The notes beneath the pieces were generated by a model. The model did no database searches, was not told the DNA's origin, and worked only from the letters and a program-made list of their open reading frames with translations. Position numbers and translations under genes: made by a program. Source: Candidatus Levyibacteriota bacterium (lineage in GTDB: Bacteria > Patescibacteriota > Microgenomatia > Levybacterales > UBA12049). Taken from it: a DNA stretch of 64,000 nucleotides. The stretch is taken from contig JACOXT010000003.1 in assembly GCA_016182235.1 (NCBI GenBank), forward strand, positions 451,488 through 515,487, given 5' to 3'. Below are positions 18,942 through 28,518 of the stretch, piece by piece. Position 1 is the first letter of the stretch, and each line of letters begins with the position of its first letter.

Positions 18942-20268
18942 GAGGCGGGGTTTTATTTATCCCGGAAGCGAAATATACGGAGGGATTACTGGATTTTGGG
19001 ATTACGGACCGCTTGGAGTCGAGCTTAAGAACAATATTAAACGCGAGTGGTGGAAGAGCATAGTCTATGACCGCGACGATGTGGTTGGGATTGATGCCGC
19101 AATAATAATGAACCCCGAAGTTTGGAAAGCATCGGGACACCTGGATGCATTTACGGATCCATTGGTGGAATGCAAGACTTGTCATCATAGATTTAGAATA
19201 GACCATCTACCAGGTGTTTCCCGAGAAGAAAAATATTATAAATTTGATCAATACCCATTTCCTTGTCCAACCGGAGGGCATGAGATTAATCTTGGGATGC
19301 TTAATAAACTCCCCAAAGAAATAAAATCAATAGAGCCGCGCCATTTTAATCTTTTAGTAGAAGCAAAGATTGGCGTGGTTGAAGGAGAAAAGAAAACCGC
19401 TTATCTTCGCGGGGAGATAACGCAGGGTGCGTTTGTGAATTTTGAAAACATTGTAAATTCCTCAAGGGTTAAGATCCCTTTTGGTATCGCGCAAATTGGT
19501 AAAGCGTTTAGAAACGAAATAACTCCCGGTAATTTTACTTTTAGGTCTCGTGAGTTTGAGCAGATGGAGCTTGAATTTCTTGTAAAGCCTGACGATAGGG
19601 AAAGCAACAAGTGGTTTGAATATTGGAGAAAAGAGCGCATGAGGTGGTATTTGGATTTGGGAATGAAAAAAGAAAACTTGCGTTTTCGGATACATGAGGA
19701 GAGCGAAAGAGCGCATTATGCAAGATCAGCTGAAGATATCGAGTATAACGCTCCTTTTGGATGGAGCGAGTTTGAGGGGATTCACCACAGAGGAGATTGG
19801 GATTTATCCCGACATAATCTTAAATACAAAGATGAAAGAGCAAAGGAAGAATTTACTCCTTGGGTGATAGAAACATCTGGTGGAGTTGACCGTTCAACAC
19901 TATTTTTCTTAGTAGATTCATATTATGAAGATGAGAAAAGAGTAGTTTTAAAACTCCATCCCAAACTTGCACCAGTTAAGGTGGCTGTATTTCCTTTGCT
20001 TGCGAATAAATTGCCTCTTGTAAAAATGGCAAAAGATATTTATCATAATCTTAAGGAACAAATTAATGGCATGATTGCGTTTGACGACAGAGGAAACATT
20101 GGAAAGCGTTACTATTCTCAAGACGAAATCGGAACACCATTTTGCGTAACAATAGATTTTCAAAGTATTGAAGACAAAACAGTTACAATTCGCGATCGTG
20201 ATACAATGAAGCAAGAGAGACTTGAAATATCAAAACTTCAAGAATATTTAAAAAAGAAATTATCGTAA
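18898..20268 (+). CDS. glyQS: glycyl-tRNA synthetase (class II, alpha2 type)
   Basis: FIYPGSEIYGG..GFWDYGPLGVELKNNI is the GlyRS N-terminal signature. Class II motifs are present. 456 aa. Confidence 0.9.
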   Translation: MESSNLMDKIVALCKRRGFIYPGSEIYGGITGFWDYGPLGVELKNNIKREWWKSIVYDRDDVVGIDAAIIMNPEVWKASGHLDAFTDPLVECKTCHHRFRIDHLPGVSREEKYYKFDQYPFPCPTGGHEINLGMLNKLPKEIKSIEPRHFNLLVEAKIGVVEGEKKTAYLRGEITQGAFVNFENIVNSSRVKIPFGIAQIGKAFRNEITPGNFTFRSREFEQMELEFLVKPDDRESNKWFEYWRKERMRWYLDLGMKKENLRFRIHEESERAHYARSAEDIEYNAPFGWSEFEGIHHRGDWDLSRHNLKYKDERAKEEFTPWVIETSGGVDRSTLFFLVDSYYEDEKRVVLKLHPKLAPVKVAVFPLLANKLPLVKMAKDIYHNLKEQINGMIAFDDRGNIGKRYYSQDEIGTPFCVTIDFQSIEDKTVTIRDRDTMKQERLEISKLQEYLKKKLS

Positions 20269-20269
20269 G

Positions 20270-20608
20270 ATGATAAAAGAAGCACTTAATGAAGTTTCTC
20301 CTAGCCAGATGAGATTAAGTGAGGAAGAAGTATTTGCTTCATCTACGGGTTTGTTTTTGAGTGTCAGAGGAAGCGCTTTACAGAAAGTCGTAATGCTTGC
20401 GAATGAAATATCTTCTGATCCAGTTTATCCATCGTCAAAAAATGGAAGACGTGATCCAACCCCTATCGCAATTGAACAAACTAAAACAGATTTAAGCAGT
20501 TCCTGCGAGAAAGTAGGAATAGAAAACAATATTTTTGTTTTACATGCACTGCATGAAGAGCTTGTAAGAGTTGTTTCGGAAAGAATTGATAGAGAAAAAT
20601 TAGGGTAA
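20270..20608 (+). CDS. hypothetical protein
   Basis: 112-aa ORF starting 2 nt after the glyQS stop. No recognisable motifs. Confidence 0.4.
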   Translation: MIKEALNEVSPSQMRLSEEEVFASSTGLFLSVRGSALQKVVMLANEISSDPVYPSSKNGRRDPTPIAIEQTKTDLSSSCEKVGIENNIFVLHALHEELVRVVSERIDREKLG

Positions 20609-20626
20609 TAGTAAATGAGAAGTGAG

Positions 20627-20654
20627 TTGACAAAGTTTAAGGGGTTGGTACAAT
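20627..20654 (+). promoter_or_regulatory. sigma70-like promoter (TTGACA, 16-nt spacer, TACAAT)
   Basis: TTGACAaagtttaaggggttggTACAAT lies 9 nt upstream of the GTG start at 20664. Confidence 0.4.
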
Positions 20655-20663
20655 AAATAAATA

Positions 20664-21116
20664 GTGAAAAATCAGAATTTAGTTATTGCTGGAGTTATCG
20701 CTTTAATTATTGTTTTAATTGGAGGATTTTTTATTTTGTCTCCCGGCAAAAAGACAGAGCCTGACTTAGTTACGAAACTGCCTATTGAGGAACAAATAAC
20801 TGAAATTAATCCTGAGGATATAGGGCTTACCCTTACAGCATCTGCGGACAACAGAAAAGTAATTCTTGAAGTAAATAAAACCGAAGGATTATCCGGATTA
20901 GACTATGAATTGTCTTATATCTCAAAGGGAGACATTCCAAGAGGAGTCATCGGGCATGTTGACATAGAACAGGAAGGAGATCCTGTAGCACAATCAATCA
21001 CTCTTGGAACTTGTTCTGATGTTTGCCATTATGACGAAGATGTCTCAGATATTAAGATAATTGTAAAAGTTTCAAAAACAGACGGATCTACAGCGCAAGT
21101 AGAAAAATCCCTCTAA
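20664..21116 (+). CDS. hypothetical protein with N-terminal membrane anchor
   Basis: 150 aa with a GTG start. One N-terminal TM helix, then an acidic soluble domain. Confidence 0.5.
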   Translation: MKNQNLVIAGVIALIIVLIGGFFILSPGKKTEPDLVTKLPIEEQITEINPEDIGLTLTASADNRKVILEVNKTEGLSGLDYELSYISKGDIPRGVIGHVDIEQEGDPVAQSITLGTCSDVCHYDEDVSDIKIIVKVSKTDGSTAQVEKSL

Positions 21117-21204
21117 ACTTCTTTTCTACCAGTTGAGTTTTGAATCTTCTCATTACGCTAAACTGCTGTTTTGATATATTGACAAAGAACTATAAACAGT
21201 TCAA

Positions 21205-21240
21205 AATGGGAATAAGTGGGAAAAGGTGGGTAGGATATGG
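21205..21240 (+). promoter_or_regulatory. MraZ operator: four direct (A/G)TGGG repeats with 10-bp periodicity overlapping the mraZ start
   Basis: aaTGGGaataaGTGGGaaaagGTGGGtaggatATGG, with repeats at 21206, 21216, 21226 and 21236. Confidence 0.6.
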
Positions 21241-21686
21241 CAGGATCATTATTGATAGGTCAATATGATGCACGAATAGACGAGAAACATAGAATTGCTT
21301 TCCCTAAAAAAATAAGAGAAATTATTGGAAATAAATTTATAGTTACACTCGGATATGAAAACTCGCTCATTATTGTCAAAGAAGAAGGATGGAAGGCGCT
21401 TCTTGAAGGCACAGAAGGAAAGCCTTTCATCCAAAAAGGGGCAAGGGAAACTCAAAGATACTTACTTGGAGGAGCAAGTTTCGTTGAGCTTGATAGCAAA
21501 GGAAGGTTTATTATACCTGACTACTTACGACGCTTTGCAAAGATTAAAGGAGAAGTTATATTCTTAGGACTTGAAAGATTTGTAGAACTATGGGATAGAG
21601 AAATATGGGAATCCTATAGACAGAACCTTGAAAAAAATATAGACAAAATTTCAGAGAAACTCATAAATGTCGACAATAAAGAGTGA
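21237..21686 (+). CDS. mraZ: transcriptional regulator MraZ
   Basis: 149 aa with duplicated DxxxR modules (DEKHRIAFP and DSKGRFIIP). First gene of the dcw cluster. Confidence 0.9.
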   Translation: MAGSLLIGQYDARIDEKHRIAFPKKIREIIGNKFIVTLGYENSLIIVKEEGWKALLEGTEGKPFIQKGARETQRYLLGGASFVELDSKGRFIIPDYLRRFAKIKGEVIFLGLERFVELWDREIWESYRQNLEKNIDKISEKLINVDNKE

Positions 21687-22602
21687 ATTGAGTTTCGATA
21701 TGGATAACTTTCATACACCAGTTCTTTTAAAAGAGGTCATTGAAAACTTAAGAATTGAGAAGGACAAAAAATATATTGACGCAACAATTGGCGGAGGGGG
21801 ACACGCAGTTGAGATTTTAAAGCTTGGTGGGAAAGTTCTAGGAATTGACGTAGATAGGGAAGCGATCGGTTATATAAAAGATCAAGAATTAAATATCAAA
21901 AATTCTAAAAATTTAATTTTGGTTAAGGGGAATTTTAGGGATATTGATGAGATAGCGAAATCAAAAGGATTTGATAAAGTGGCGGGAATAATTTTTGATC
22001 TAGGAGCATCAAGTCATCAGCTTGAGAGGCAAGAAAGGGGATTTAGCTTCCAAAAAGAAGGACCGTTAGACATGAGGATGGATCAGGAACTGGCTGTTCG
22101 GGCTTTAGACTTAATAAAAATTTTGACGAAAAGAGAACTTTATGAAATTTTTACTAAATTTGGTGAGGAAAATCGTGCTTGGGCCATTTCTGAACGTATT
22201 GTCAGCTCCCGTAAGATGAAACCGATTAAGACGACAAAGGATTTAACATTGGTTGTTGGGGAGGCTTTTGGCATAGGAGGCAGCAGGTCTAATTTTGCTA
22301 AGGCTCAAGTAGCTAAGAGGGTTTTTCAAGCGTTAAGGATTGCAGTGAACGATGAATTAGACGCTTTAGAGCAAGCTTTACCCAAGGCTATAAGCCTTCT
22401 TGAGAAAAATGGGAAATTAGCGGTAATTTCGTTTCACTCTCTTGAAGATAGAATCGTTAAAAAAGAATTTATAAAATATAAAGAAAAAAAACTTGGAGTA
22501 ATTATTACTGAAAAACCAATAATTCCTGAGGATCACGAGTTAAAAAAAAACTGGAAAGCAAGAAGTGCCAAGCTTAGAATTTTTGAGAAATCATTAATTT
22601 AA
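21667..22602 (+). CDS. rsmH: 16S rRNA (cytosine1402-N4)-methyltransferase RsmH (MraW)
   Basis: HTPVLLKEVIENL..DATIGGGGHA and DLGASSHQL motifs. Confidence 0.9.
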   Translation: MSTIKSELSFDMDNFHTPVLLKEVIENLRIEKDKKYIDATIGGGGHAVEILKLGGKVLGIDVDREAIGYIKDQELNIKNSKNLILVKGNFRDIDEIAKSKGFDKVAGIIFDLGASSHQLERQERGFSFQKEGPLDMRMDQELAVRALDLIKILTKRELYEIFTKFGEENRAWAISERIVSSRKMKPIKTTKDLTLVVGEAFGIGGSRSNFAKAQVAKRVFQALRIAVNDELDALEQALPKAISLLEKNGKLAVISFHSLEDRIVKKEFIKYKEKKLGVIITEKPIIPEDHELKKNWKARSAKLRIFEKSLI

Positions 22603-22610
22603 ATTGAAAT

Positions 22611-22895
22611 ATGAAGAAGTCGTCATTTGTTATACTGTTATTCATAATTACAATTGTCTCGCTATCCGTTGCGCAGGGAGTCGTATCAAATAAGCTTTCC
22701 ACAAAAGGAGTGATTCTGCATGAAATTGAGAAAAAAGTGTATGATTATAAAACCCAAAATAGTATTTTGTCTGAAGAAATTTTATACAACTCATCTCTCA
22801 CGAATTTAGCATCTAAAGCCGCAGAGTTAGGATTTGGTAAACTGAGAGAGCAATTTGTGCTAAATTCGGGGTCAAGTCTGGCAGTTAAGCCATGA
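22611..22895 (+). CDS. ftsL: cell division protein FtsL-like (small bitopic membrane protein)
   Basis: 94 aa with an N-terminal TM helix plus coiled-coil. Sits between rsmH and ftsI. Confidence 0.5.
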   Translation: MKKSSFVILLFIITIVSLSVAQGVVSNKLSTKGVILHEIEKKVYDYKTQNSILSEEILYNSSLTNLASKAAELGFGKLREQFVLNSGSSLAVKP

Positions 22896-22940
22896 TCCTT
22901 CGATTACGCTCAGGATCATACTGAGCATGTCGAATGTATG
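22892..22940 (+). promoter_or_regulatory. conserved hairpin-containing 5-prime leader element (copy 2) immediately upstream of the ftsI start codon
   Basis: ATGATCCTtcgattacgctcAGGATCATactgagcatgtcgaatgtATG. The stem and the 18-19-nt spacing to the ATG are both conserved. Confidence 0.45.
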
Positions 22941-24617
22941 AGATGGAGATATAATTTCCTTTTTATATTCCTATCAGTTCTTTTCGTATCCATAATCGCT
23001 CGGTTGTTCTACTGGCAGGTTGTGAAGGCAGAGATGCTTTCAGAATTAGCAATTTCTCAGTATACTGGTGTTAGGGAAATTGCGCCAACAAGAGGAGAGA
23101 TAAAGACCTCAGATGGGTTTCCAATTGTTGCCAATAAAGTTTCGTATATTCTTTTTGCTAACCCTAAAGAGATAAAAAATAAAAAGGAAACAATTGATAG
23201 GCTTTCATCTTTTATAGACATAGACATAGCTTCCGCAAGCTCCTTACTTAATAGTGATTTGTTCTGGGTTCCAATAAAGTCAGGAGTAAGTGCAAAGGTC
23301 AAAGACGAAATTGAAAAAGATAGTCCTATAGGGGTTGGATTTGAACAGCAATTTAATCGTTTTTATCCAGAAGCATCTATGGCTGCTGAGCTTATTGGTT
23401 TTGTAGGTAAAAGCGATGAGGGGAAAGATAAAGGGTATTTTGGTCTTGAAGGCTATTACGATAGATTACTTAGAGGTAAAGAAGGACGTTCTCTTGAAAT
23501 TCGCGACGCGTTAGGCAGTCCAATATTATCAAAAAGGAATGAAAACATTAGTGGTATAGGAGGAAGTAACGTTATTTTAAGTTTGGATAGATCAGTGCAG
23601 TTCTTGGTAGAAGATAGGTTAAAAAAGGCAATAGAAAGTTATGAGGCAACTGGCGGAATGATAGGAATTATGGATCCCCAGACTGGAAATATTATCGCGA
23701 TGGCATCTTTTCCAACATTTGATCCTGTGAATTTTCAATATTATGACGAAACTTTGTATTCTAATAATTTTATCGCGGATACTTACGAGCCGGGGTCTAC
23801 ATTGAAACCAATTATTATGTCTTCAGCCCTAGACGCAGGGGCGATAACACCCCTTACAAAATGTCCTATTTGTTATGGGCCAGTTTCTGTAAGCGGCTAT
23901 GAACTCCATACTTGGAACGACAAATATTATAAGGATACAAATATGATTGATGTGATTAAGCATTCAGACAATACTGGTATGGCATTTGTTGCTCTAAAAC
24001 TTGGAAGAGATAGGATTATTCGATATCTTGATAGATTTGGAATAGGTAAGTTAACAGATATTGATCTTCAGGGTGAGGCACTCGCGCAGCTTAAGCCGAA
24101 AAACGCATGGTATGATGTAGATCTTGCAACTACCGGATTTGGACAGGGCATATCTGTTACCCCAATCGCACTCTTAAATGCGTTTTCAGCTATTGCGAAT
24201 AAAGGTGTCATGATGCAGCCAAAAGCTGTTTCGGCGATCGAGGGTCCAGATGGAAAAATAATTAAGGTTCCCACAAAGACTAGGGGAACTCCTATTTCTG
24301 AAAAAACGGCAAAAATTATGACTGAAATGTTGGTAAATGCTGTTGATAATGGCGAGGCAAAGTGGGCTCGCGTAAAAGGTTATAGAGTCGCTGGAAAAAC
24401 AGGGACTGCCTCGATTCCAGTTGAGGGACATTACGATCCTGAAAATACAATTGCTTCTTTTATAGGGTTTGCTCCAGCAGATGATCCGAAGTTTGTGATG
24501 CTAGTTATACTTGATAAACCAACAACTTCTATTTATGCCGCAGAGACCGCAGCGCCTTTGTTTTTTGATATCACAAAAGAACTTTTAACCTACTACGGCA
24601 TCCCCCCGAGTGAGTAA
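22938..24617 (+). CDS. ftsI: penicillin-binding protein 2/3 (FtsI-type transpeptidase)
   Basis: N-terminal TM helix, the PBP dimerisation region, and the SxxK (STLKP), SxN (SDN) and KTG (KTGTA) active-site motifs. Confidence 0.9.
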   Translation: MRWRYNFLFIFLSVLFVSIIARLFYWQVVKAEMLSELAISQYTGVREIAPTRGEIKTSDGFPIVANKVSYILFANPKEIKNKKETIDRLSSFIDIDIASASSLLNSDLFWVPIKSGVSAKVKDEIEKDSPIGVGFEQQFNRFYPEASMAAELIGFVGKSDEGKDKGYFGLEGYYDRLLRGKEGRSLEIRDALGSPILSKRNENISGIGGSNVILSLDRSVQFLVEDRLKKAIESYEATGGMIGIMDPQTGNIIAMASFPTFDPVNFQYYDETLYSNNFIADTYEPGSTLKPIIMSSALDAGAITPLTKCPICYGPVSVSGYELHTWNDKYYKDTNMIDVIKHSDNTGMAFVALKLGRDRIIRYLDRFGIGKLTDIDLQGEALAQLKPKNAWYDVDLATTGFGQGISVTPIALLNAFSAIANKGVMMQPKAVSAIEGPDGKIIKVPTKTRGTPISEKTAKIMTEMLVNAVDNGEAKWARVKGYRVAGKTGTASIPVEGHYDPENTIASFIGFAPADDPKFVMLVILDKPTTSIYAAETAAPLFFDITKELLTYYGIPPSE

Positions 24618-24652
24618 GTAAAGTAGTTTATTGCTATTTCAAAAGGAGCCAG

Positions 24653-27600
24653 TCAATTGTTATTTCTCTTAAAATGTTCTCTTATTTTTTCAACTAATTC
24701 AGGAGAGTAGTGTTCGCTTTGAATATTTCTTCTTCCTCTTAAAATTCTAAACCATTCAGGATGATCCTCTCGAAATTGGGTAGCGAATTCACTAACTCGG
24801 GGACTTATTATACCTAGTTCTTTAGCCAAAGTAGTTTTATTTAACCAACCAACTTCCAAATCTGAAGGCCTAGCATTCTCTTGTTTTATCAACGAGGTAA
24901 GTTCTGGAGATACAAAGTAACCAATGTGGCGACTTTCATTCCGAAATACTCCCAAAAGGGTTGGGTGAGATTCTTTATACTGACTTAACAATCTTAATAC
25001 AGAAGCTTCAGATAACCTCAGGTTATTAGATAGTTCAATCGTATTTGACCAGCCAGGTGGTGGCGCTACTACTTCCAAATACTCATTTTTTATCAGTTCT
25101 ACTAATTCAGGTGAAAAGTATTGAGACAGATGGTGTTTTCTTCCTACCAATACTTTAAAATATTCAGGATGTGATTTTCCGTATCTTTTCACGTAGAATC
25201 TAACATTGACAGCATCAATACCAAAAATTTGTTCTATATCATAACTATTCATCCATCCTGTTGGAGGGGTTTCTCTACCTATAATTTCATTTCTTAATAG
25301 CTTTTCTATTTCAGGAGCAACATATTCTCGTACCTTACTTTTTTGTCTTTCTCGATCAATATATATTCTAAAGAGCTGTGGGTAAGTTTTACGATACTCT
25401 TCAATTCTTTTATTTACAGTTGTTCTAGAAATGCCTAATTCTTTGTGAATAACACTATGGTCAATCCATCCTTCATCTGGTTTATTAAGAAGCAGAGTGA
25501 TTTCATCTCTAAGTAAAGTAGCAAGCTCTGGAGAAAAATGCTCAGAAATTCTACCGCCTTGTGTCGTTCTGAACAATTGAATTCCCTCGGCTTGAATGTC
25601 TCTATTTTTTCCTACAAGTGTATTAATAACAGCTGTACTGATTCCAAACTCTTTTCCTAGTAAACTTGGACGCACCCAGCCCTCGCTAGCAACTGGAACT
25701 TTATCTAATTTTGTCTTTAAATAATCAATGATAGAAGCTGATATATATTCTGCGACTCTTCCTCCTCTTTTTTTGAATATTCCAAACATTTCAGGATGAC
25801 TTTCTTTATATCTTGCAGTGAATCTTTTAATAGTTTTTCTATCAACTTTTAATAAACGGGCAGCCTCTCTTTCCGTTACCCAACCTTCAGGTGGAATGTC
25901 AGCAGTTACTAGATTGTCTCTTGTCTGTTGTCTAATTATACCAACTAATTCAGGAGATAAGTATTCAATTATTTGCCCTCCTTCTCTTTTGAAAACTCTA
26001 AAATATCTTGGGATATTTACTCGATATTCATTAATAATTCTTCTAAGCGTTGGGCGCGAGATATTTAACTCACTTTCGATTGAAGTTAAACTTTGCCATC
26101 CTTCTATTGAAGCCTGTAATTTTTCTTTTGTATCTTTGATCATTTCTACCAATTTGGGGGAAACATATTCGTACACCCGTCCTCTAGAGCTACGAAATAA
26201 TTTAAAATCTTCCGAGTATAAGTCTCTTAGGTTGTCTAAAATTCGACGCATAGTTTGCGGACCAACTCGATAAGTGTTATTTAAAGCTGTAATGCTTAAC
26301 CACCCTTCCTGAACAGGTTGATACTTTTGTTCAACCACCTGTTGAACAATTTTCATTACCTCTTCGGCTTCTGTGATAACTTTTAAGCCGTAAATCTCTA
26401 TTTGAGGGTAAAGTATAGTTCCGGTGTCGGTATCTTCTCTAGGATAATCTGGAGGATTATCTTTCCTAAATATATGGGCAGATTCTAGTATTTGAGCAAA
26501 TGAAACCGGAAAACGATTCGGATCTCCAAAATTGTCTATAAAGTCGACGATATAGGCATGCTTGAATGGATTGGCTGGGTCCGGTCTTAATACGCGTCCA
26601 GCCCTTTGTTCAGCAACCACAGGAGATGCAGTTGGTCGAAGATTAAGACATACATTGACGCTAGGATCATCAAAACCCTGTATAAGAAGATCGGCATTAC
26701 ATAATACCTTTATTTCCCCTGTTTTGTATTTTCTTAATATGGTTTTCTGTTCTGCTGGCAACTGATATCCGCTAACAACTGCTGCCTTTATACCATTTTC
26801 TTCAAAACGTTTAGCTAAATCTGTCGCATGATTAACTGTGACACAATAAGCTAATGCCTTTTGATCTAGGAACATAGCTTTATATAGATCGACCGCAGCT
26901 GAATTTCGAGTTGTTATGTTTATTGCTCGTTCAAGATCTTCATCCTTATACTCCCCTGTGCTTGTTATTTTAACTTCACTTAAATCAACATCTGTTTTTC
27001 CAATATACACAGATAAAGAAGAAAGCATCCCCAGCTCTATTGCTTCTCTAATAGGCATGCTATGAATCTCGGTATTTAGCAGGTTACCCAGGTGTTTATC
27101 TTTTGTGTATCTAGGAGTTGCAGTAAAACCAAGTTTTACAGCGTTTGTAAACTTGCGTACTGCTTCCATTCTTCTTGGGCTTAACGATTCATGTGCCTCA
27201 TCCAAAATAAGCAGTTCGTAATCTTCAGGTTTCATTTTTACCGACTCAACATCTTTTAAAAACGACGCATACGTAATAATTGTTACTGGTTTTTCATATT
27301 CTTTTGATCGCGCATAAACTTTTCCAGTTTCAACAGTCGGCGCAAACTCTTCAAATCTCTCTTCTGTTTGGTCAACCAAGATTTGCGTCGGCACAACTAT
27401 GAGAGTTTTAAGGTCGGTGGCTTCGACAAACTCGGTAAATACTACAGTTTTTCCAGAACCAGTAGGCAATCGTATATAACCTTCTGTAACTCCTTCCTCA
27501 ATAGATTTTCTCAATGCTTCAAATGCGTTCATTTGAGGATCAAAAAGAGTTCTCTCGTCTTCGTTTTGGGAATAATAGGTATTAATATATCTATCAAGTG

Positions 27601-27853
27601 CGTTGAGAGCATGTATTCTCCTTTCATATAATAGATTAGGTTCTTCATTTCTTTTTTGTCTGCGTAAAGTATCAACATACACTTTGTATCTGGTAGGAAA
27701 TTTTTCTTTAAGTTCGCTTGAAGTTGTATCAAATAGTACTCCATTATCTAACATTGGAGATATGGGACTACCTAAAGCTTCTGAAACATTGTTAACTTGC
27801 CTACCAAGTTGTTCTATTGTTTTTGGTTTTGCTCGCTCGATCATAGCCAGCAA
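24653..27853 (-). CDS. SF2 helicase (ResIII/XPB-like core) fused to eight tandem ~68-aa winged-HTH-like (excisionase/MerR-like) repeats
   Basis: Walker A LPTGSGKTV, DEAH box ILDEAHE and motif VI QRAGRVLR fall within aa 125-425. From aa 516, eight repeats follow the pattern EGW-x6-LAKELGISRxTV-x6-YRxxHPExF-x7-GGR-x3-EY(F)SPELVxxI. Confidence 0.85.
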   Translation of the reverse strand: MLAMIERAKPKTIEQLGRQVNNVSEALGSPISPMLDNGVLFDTTSSELKEKFPTRYKVYVDTLRRQKRNEEPNLLYERRIHALNALDRYINTYYSQNEDERTLFDPQMNAFEALRKSIEEGVTEGYIRLPTGSGKTVVFTEFVEATDLKTLIVVPTQILVDQTEERFEEFAPTVETGKVYARSKEYEKPVTIITYASFLKDVESVKMKPEDYELLILDEAHESLSPRRMEAVRKFTNAVKLGFTATPRYTKDKHLGNLLNTEIHSMPIREAIELGMLSSLSVYIGKTDVDLSEVKITSTGEYKDEDLERAINITTRNSAAVDLYKAMFLDQKALAYCVTVNHATDLAKRFEENGIKAAVVSGYQLPAEQKTILRKYKTGEIKVLCNADLLIQGFDDPSVNVCLNLRPTASPVVAEQRAGRVLRPDPANPFKHAYIVDFIDNFGDPNRFPVSFAQILESAHIFRKDNPPDYPREDTDTGTILYPQIEIYGLKVITEAEEVMKIVQQVVEQKYQPVQEGWLSITALNNTYRVGPQTMRRILDNLRDLYSEDFKLFRSSRGRVYEYVSPKLVEMIKDTKEKLQASIEGWQSLTSIESELNISRPTLRRIINEYRVNIPRYFRVFKREGGQIIEYLSPELVGIIRQQTRDNLVTADIPPEGWVTEREAARLLKVDRKTIKRFTARYKESHPEMFGIFKKRGGRVAEYISASIIDYLKTKLDKVPVASEGWVRPSLLGKEFGISTAVINTLVGKNRDIQAEGIQLFRTTQGGRISEHFSPELATLLRDEITLLLNKPDEGWIDHSVIHKELGISRTTVNKRIEEYRKTYPQLFRIYIDRERQKSKVREYVAPEIEKLLRNEIIGRETPPTGWMNSYDIEQIFGIDAVNVRFYVKRYGKSHPEYFKVLVGRKHHLSQYFSPELVELIKNEYLEVVAPPPGWSNTIELSNNLRLSEASVLRLLSQYKESHPTLLGVFRNESRHIGYFVSPELTSLIKQENARPSDLEVGWLNKTTLAKELGIISPRVSEFATQFREDHPEWFRILRGRRNIQSEHYSPELVEKIREHFKRNNN

Positions 27854-27910
27854 ATTTTATAACAATATGCCTTTTATTACAAACTTCTATACTATGTTAT
27901 ACTGGATTGT

Positions 27911-28486
27911 ATGGCTGGGAGGACGCATGATTTGGGTGCTTTTACTGCGCTAACTTATACGGTGGCTACGCAGCCCCTACACGAGATGACGCTTGCGACA
28001 GCGATCGTTGCCTTTTTGGCTAACATGGTTGGAGGGTTGGCGCCTGATATTGACCAGCCAACCGGAAATTTGTGGAACAGAGTTCGGGGAGGAAGGTTGG
28101 TTAGCAGACTTGTTACTCCTCTTCTTGGAGGACATCGTTTTATCTCACATTCGTTATTAGGCATATTACTATTTGGGTTCGTTGTGAGTAAACTTCTAGA
28201 TACTGTGAGTTCAGTTCTACTCGTTGATATGAATATTGTTTGGTGGGCTTTTATGATAGGATTTGTGTCTCACCTAATGCTAGATACACTTAGTCGAGAA
28301 GGAGTTCCATGGCTATTTCCGATTCCAATTCGTATCGGAATTCCTCCATTTCGGTTTCTCCGTATAAAAACCGGTGGTATAGTCGAAAAATCATTTGCCT
28401 TTCCCATGCTTTTGATTGCAAATATTTATATGTATTATATCCACTACCCCAAATTTATGGACTTCTTACGGCACTACATAAAGTAG
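27911..28486 (+). CDS. membrane-bound metal-dependent hydrolase, DUF457/YdjM-like
   Basis: 191 aa, GC-rich compared with its neighbours. Has His-rich TM helices. The family assignment is from memory. Confidence 0.5.
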   Translation: MAGRTHDLGAFTALTYTVATQPLHEMTLATAIVAFLANMVGGLAPDIDQPTGNLWNRVRGGRLVSRLVTPLLGGHRFISHSLLGILLFGFVVSKLLDTVSSVLLVDMNIVWWAFMIGFVSHLMLDTLSREGVPWLFPIPIRIGIPPFRFLRIKTGGIVEKSFAFPMLLIANIYMYYIHYPKFMDFLRHYIK

Positions 28487-28518
28487 AGAAGAGGTTAAGA
28501 AAAGGGTATAATGGGGAC

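Noticed and set aside
25818-27953. Plus-strand ORFs (25818-26273, 26562-26765, 27368-27631, 27603-27953) inside the helicase-repeat gene
   Set aside because: They are antisense to a long, well-supported CDS and have no motifs, so they are chance frames.
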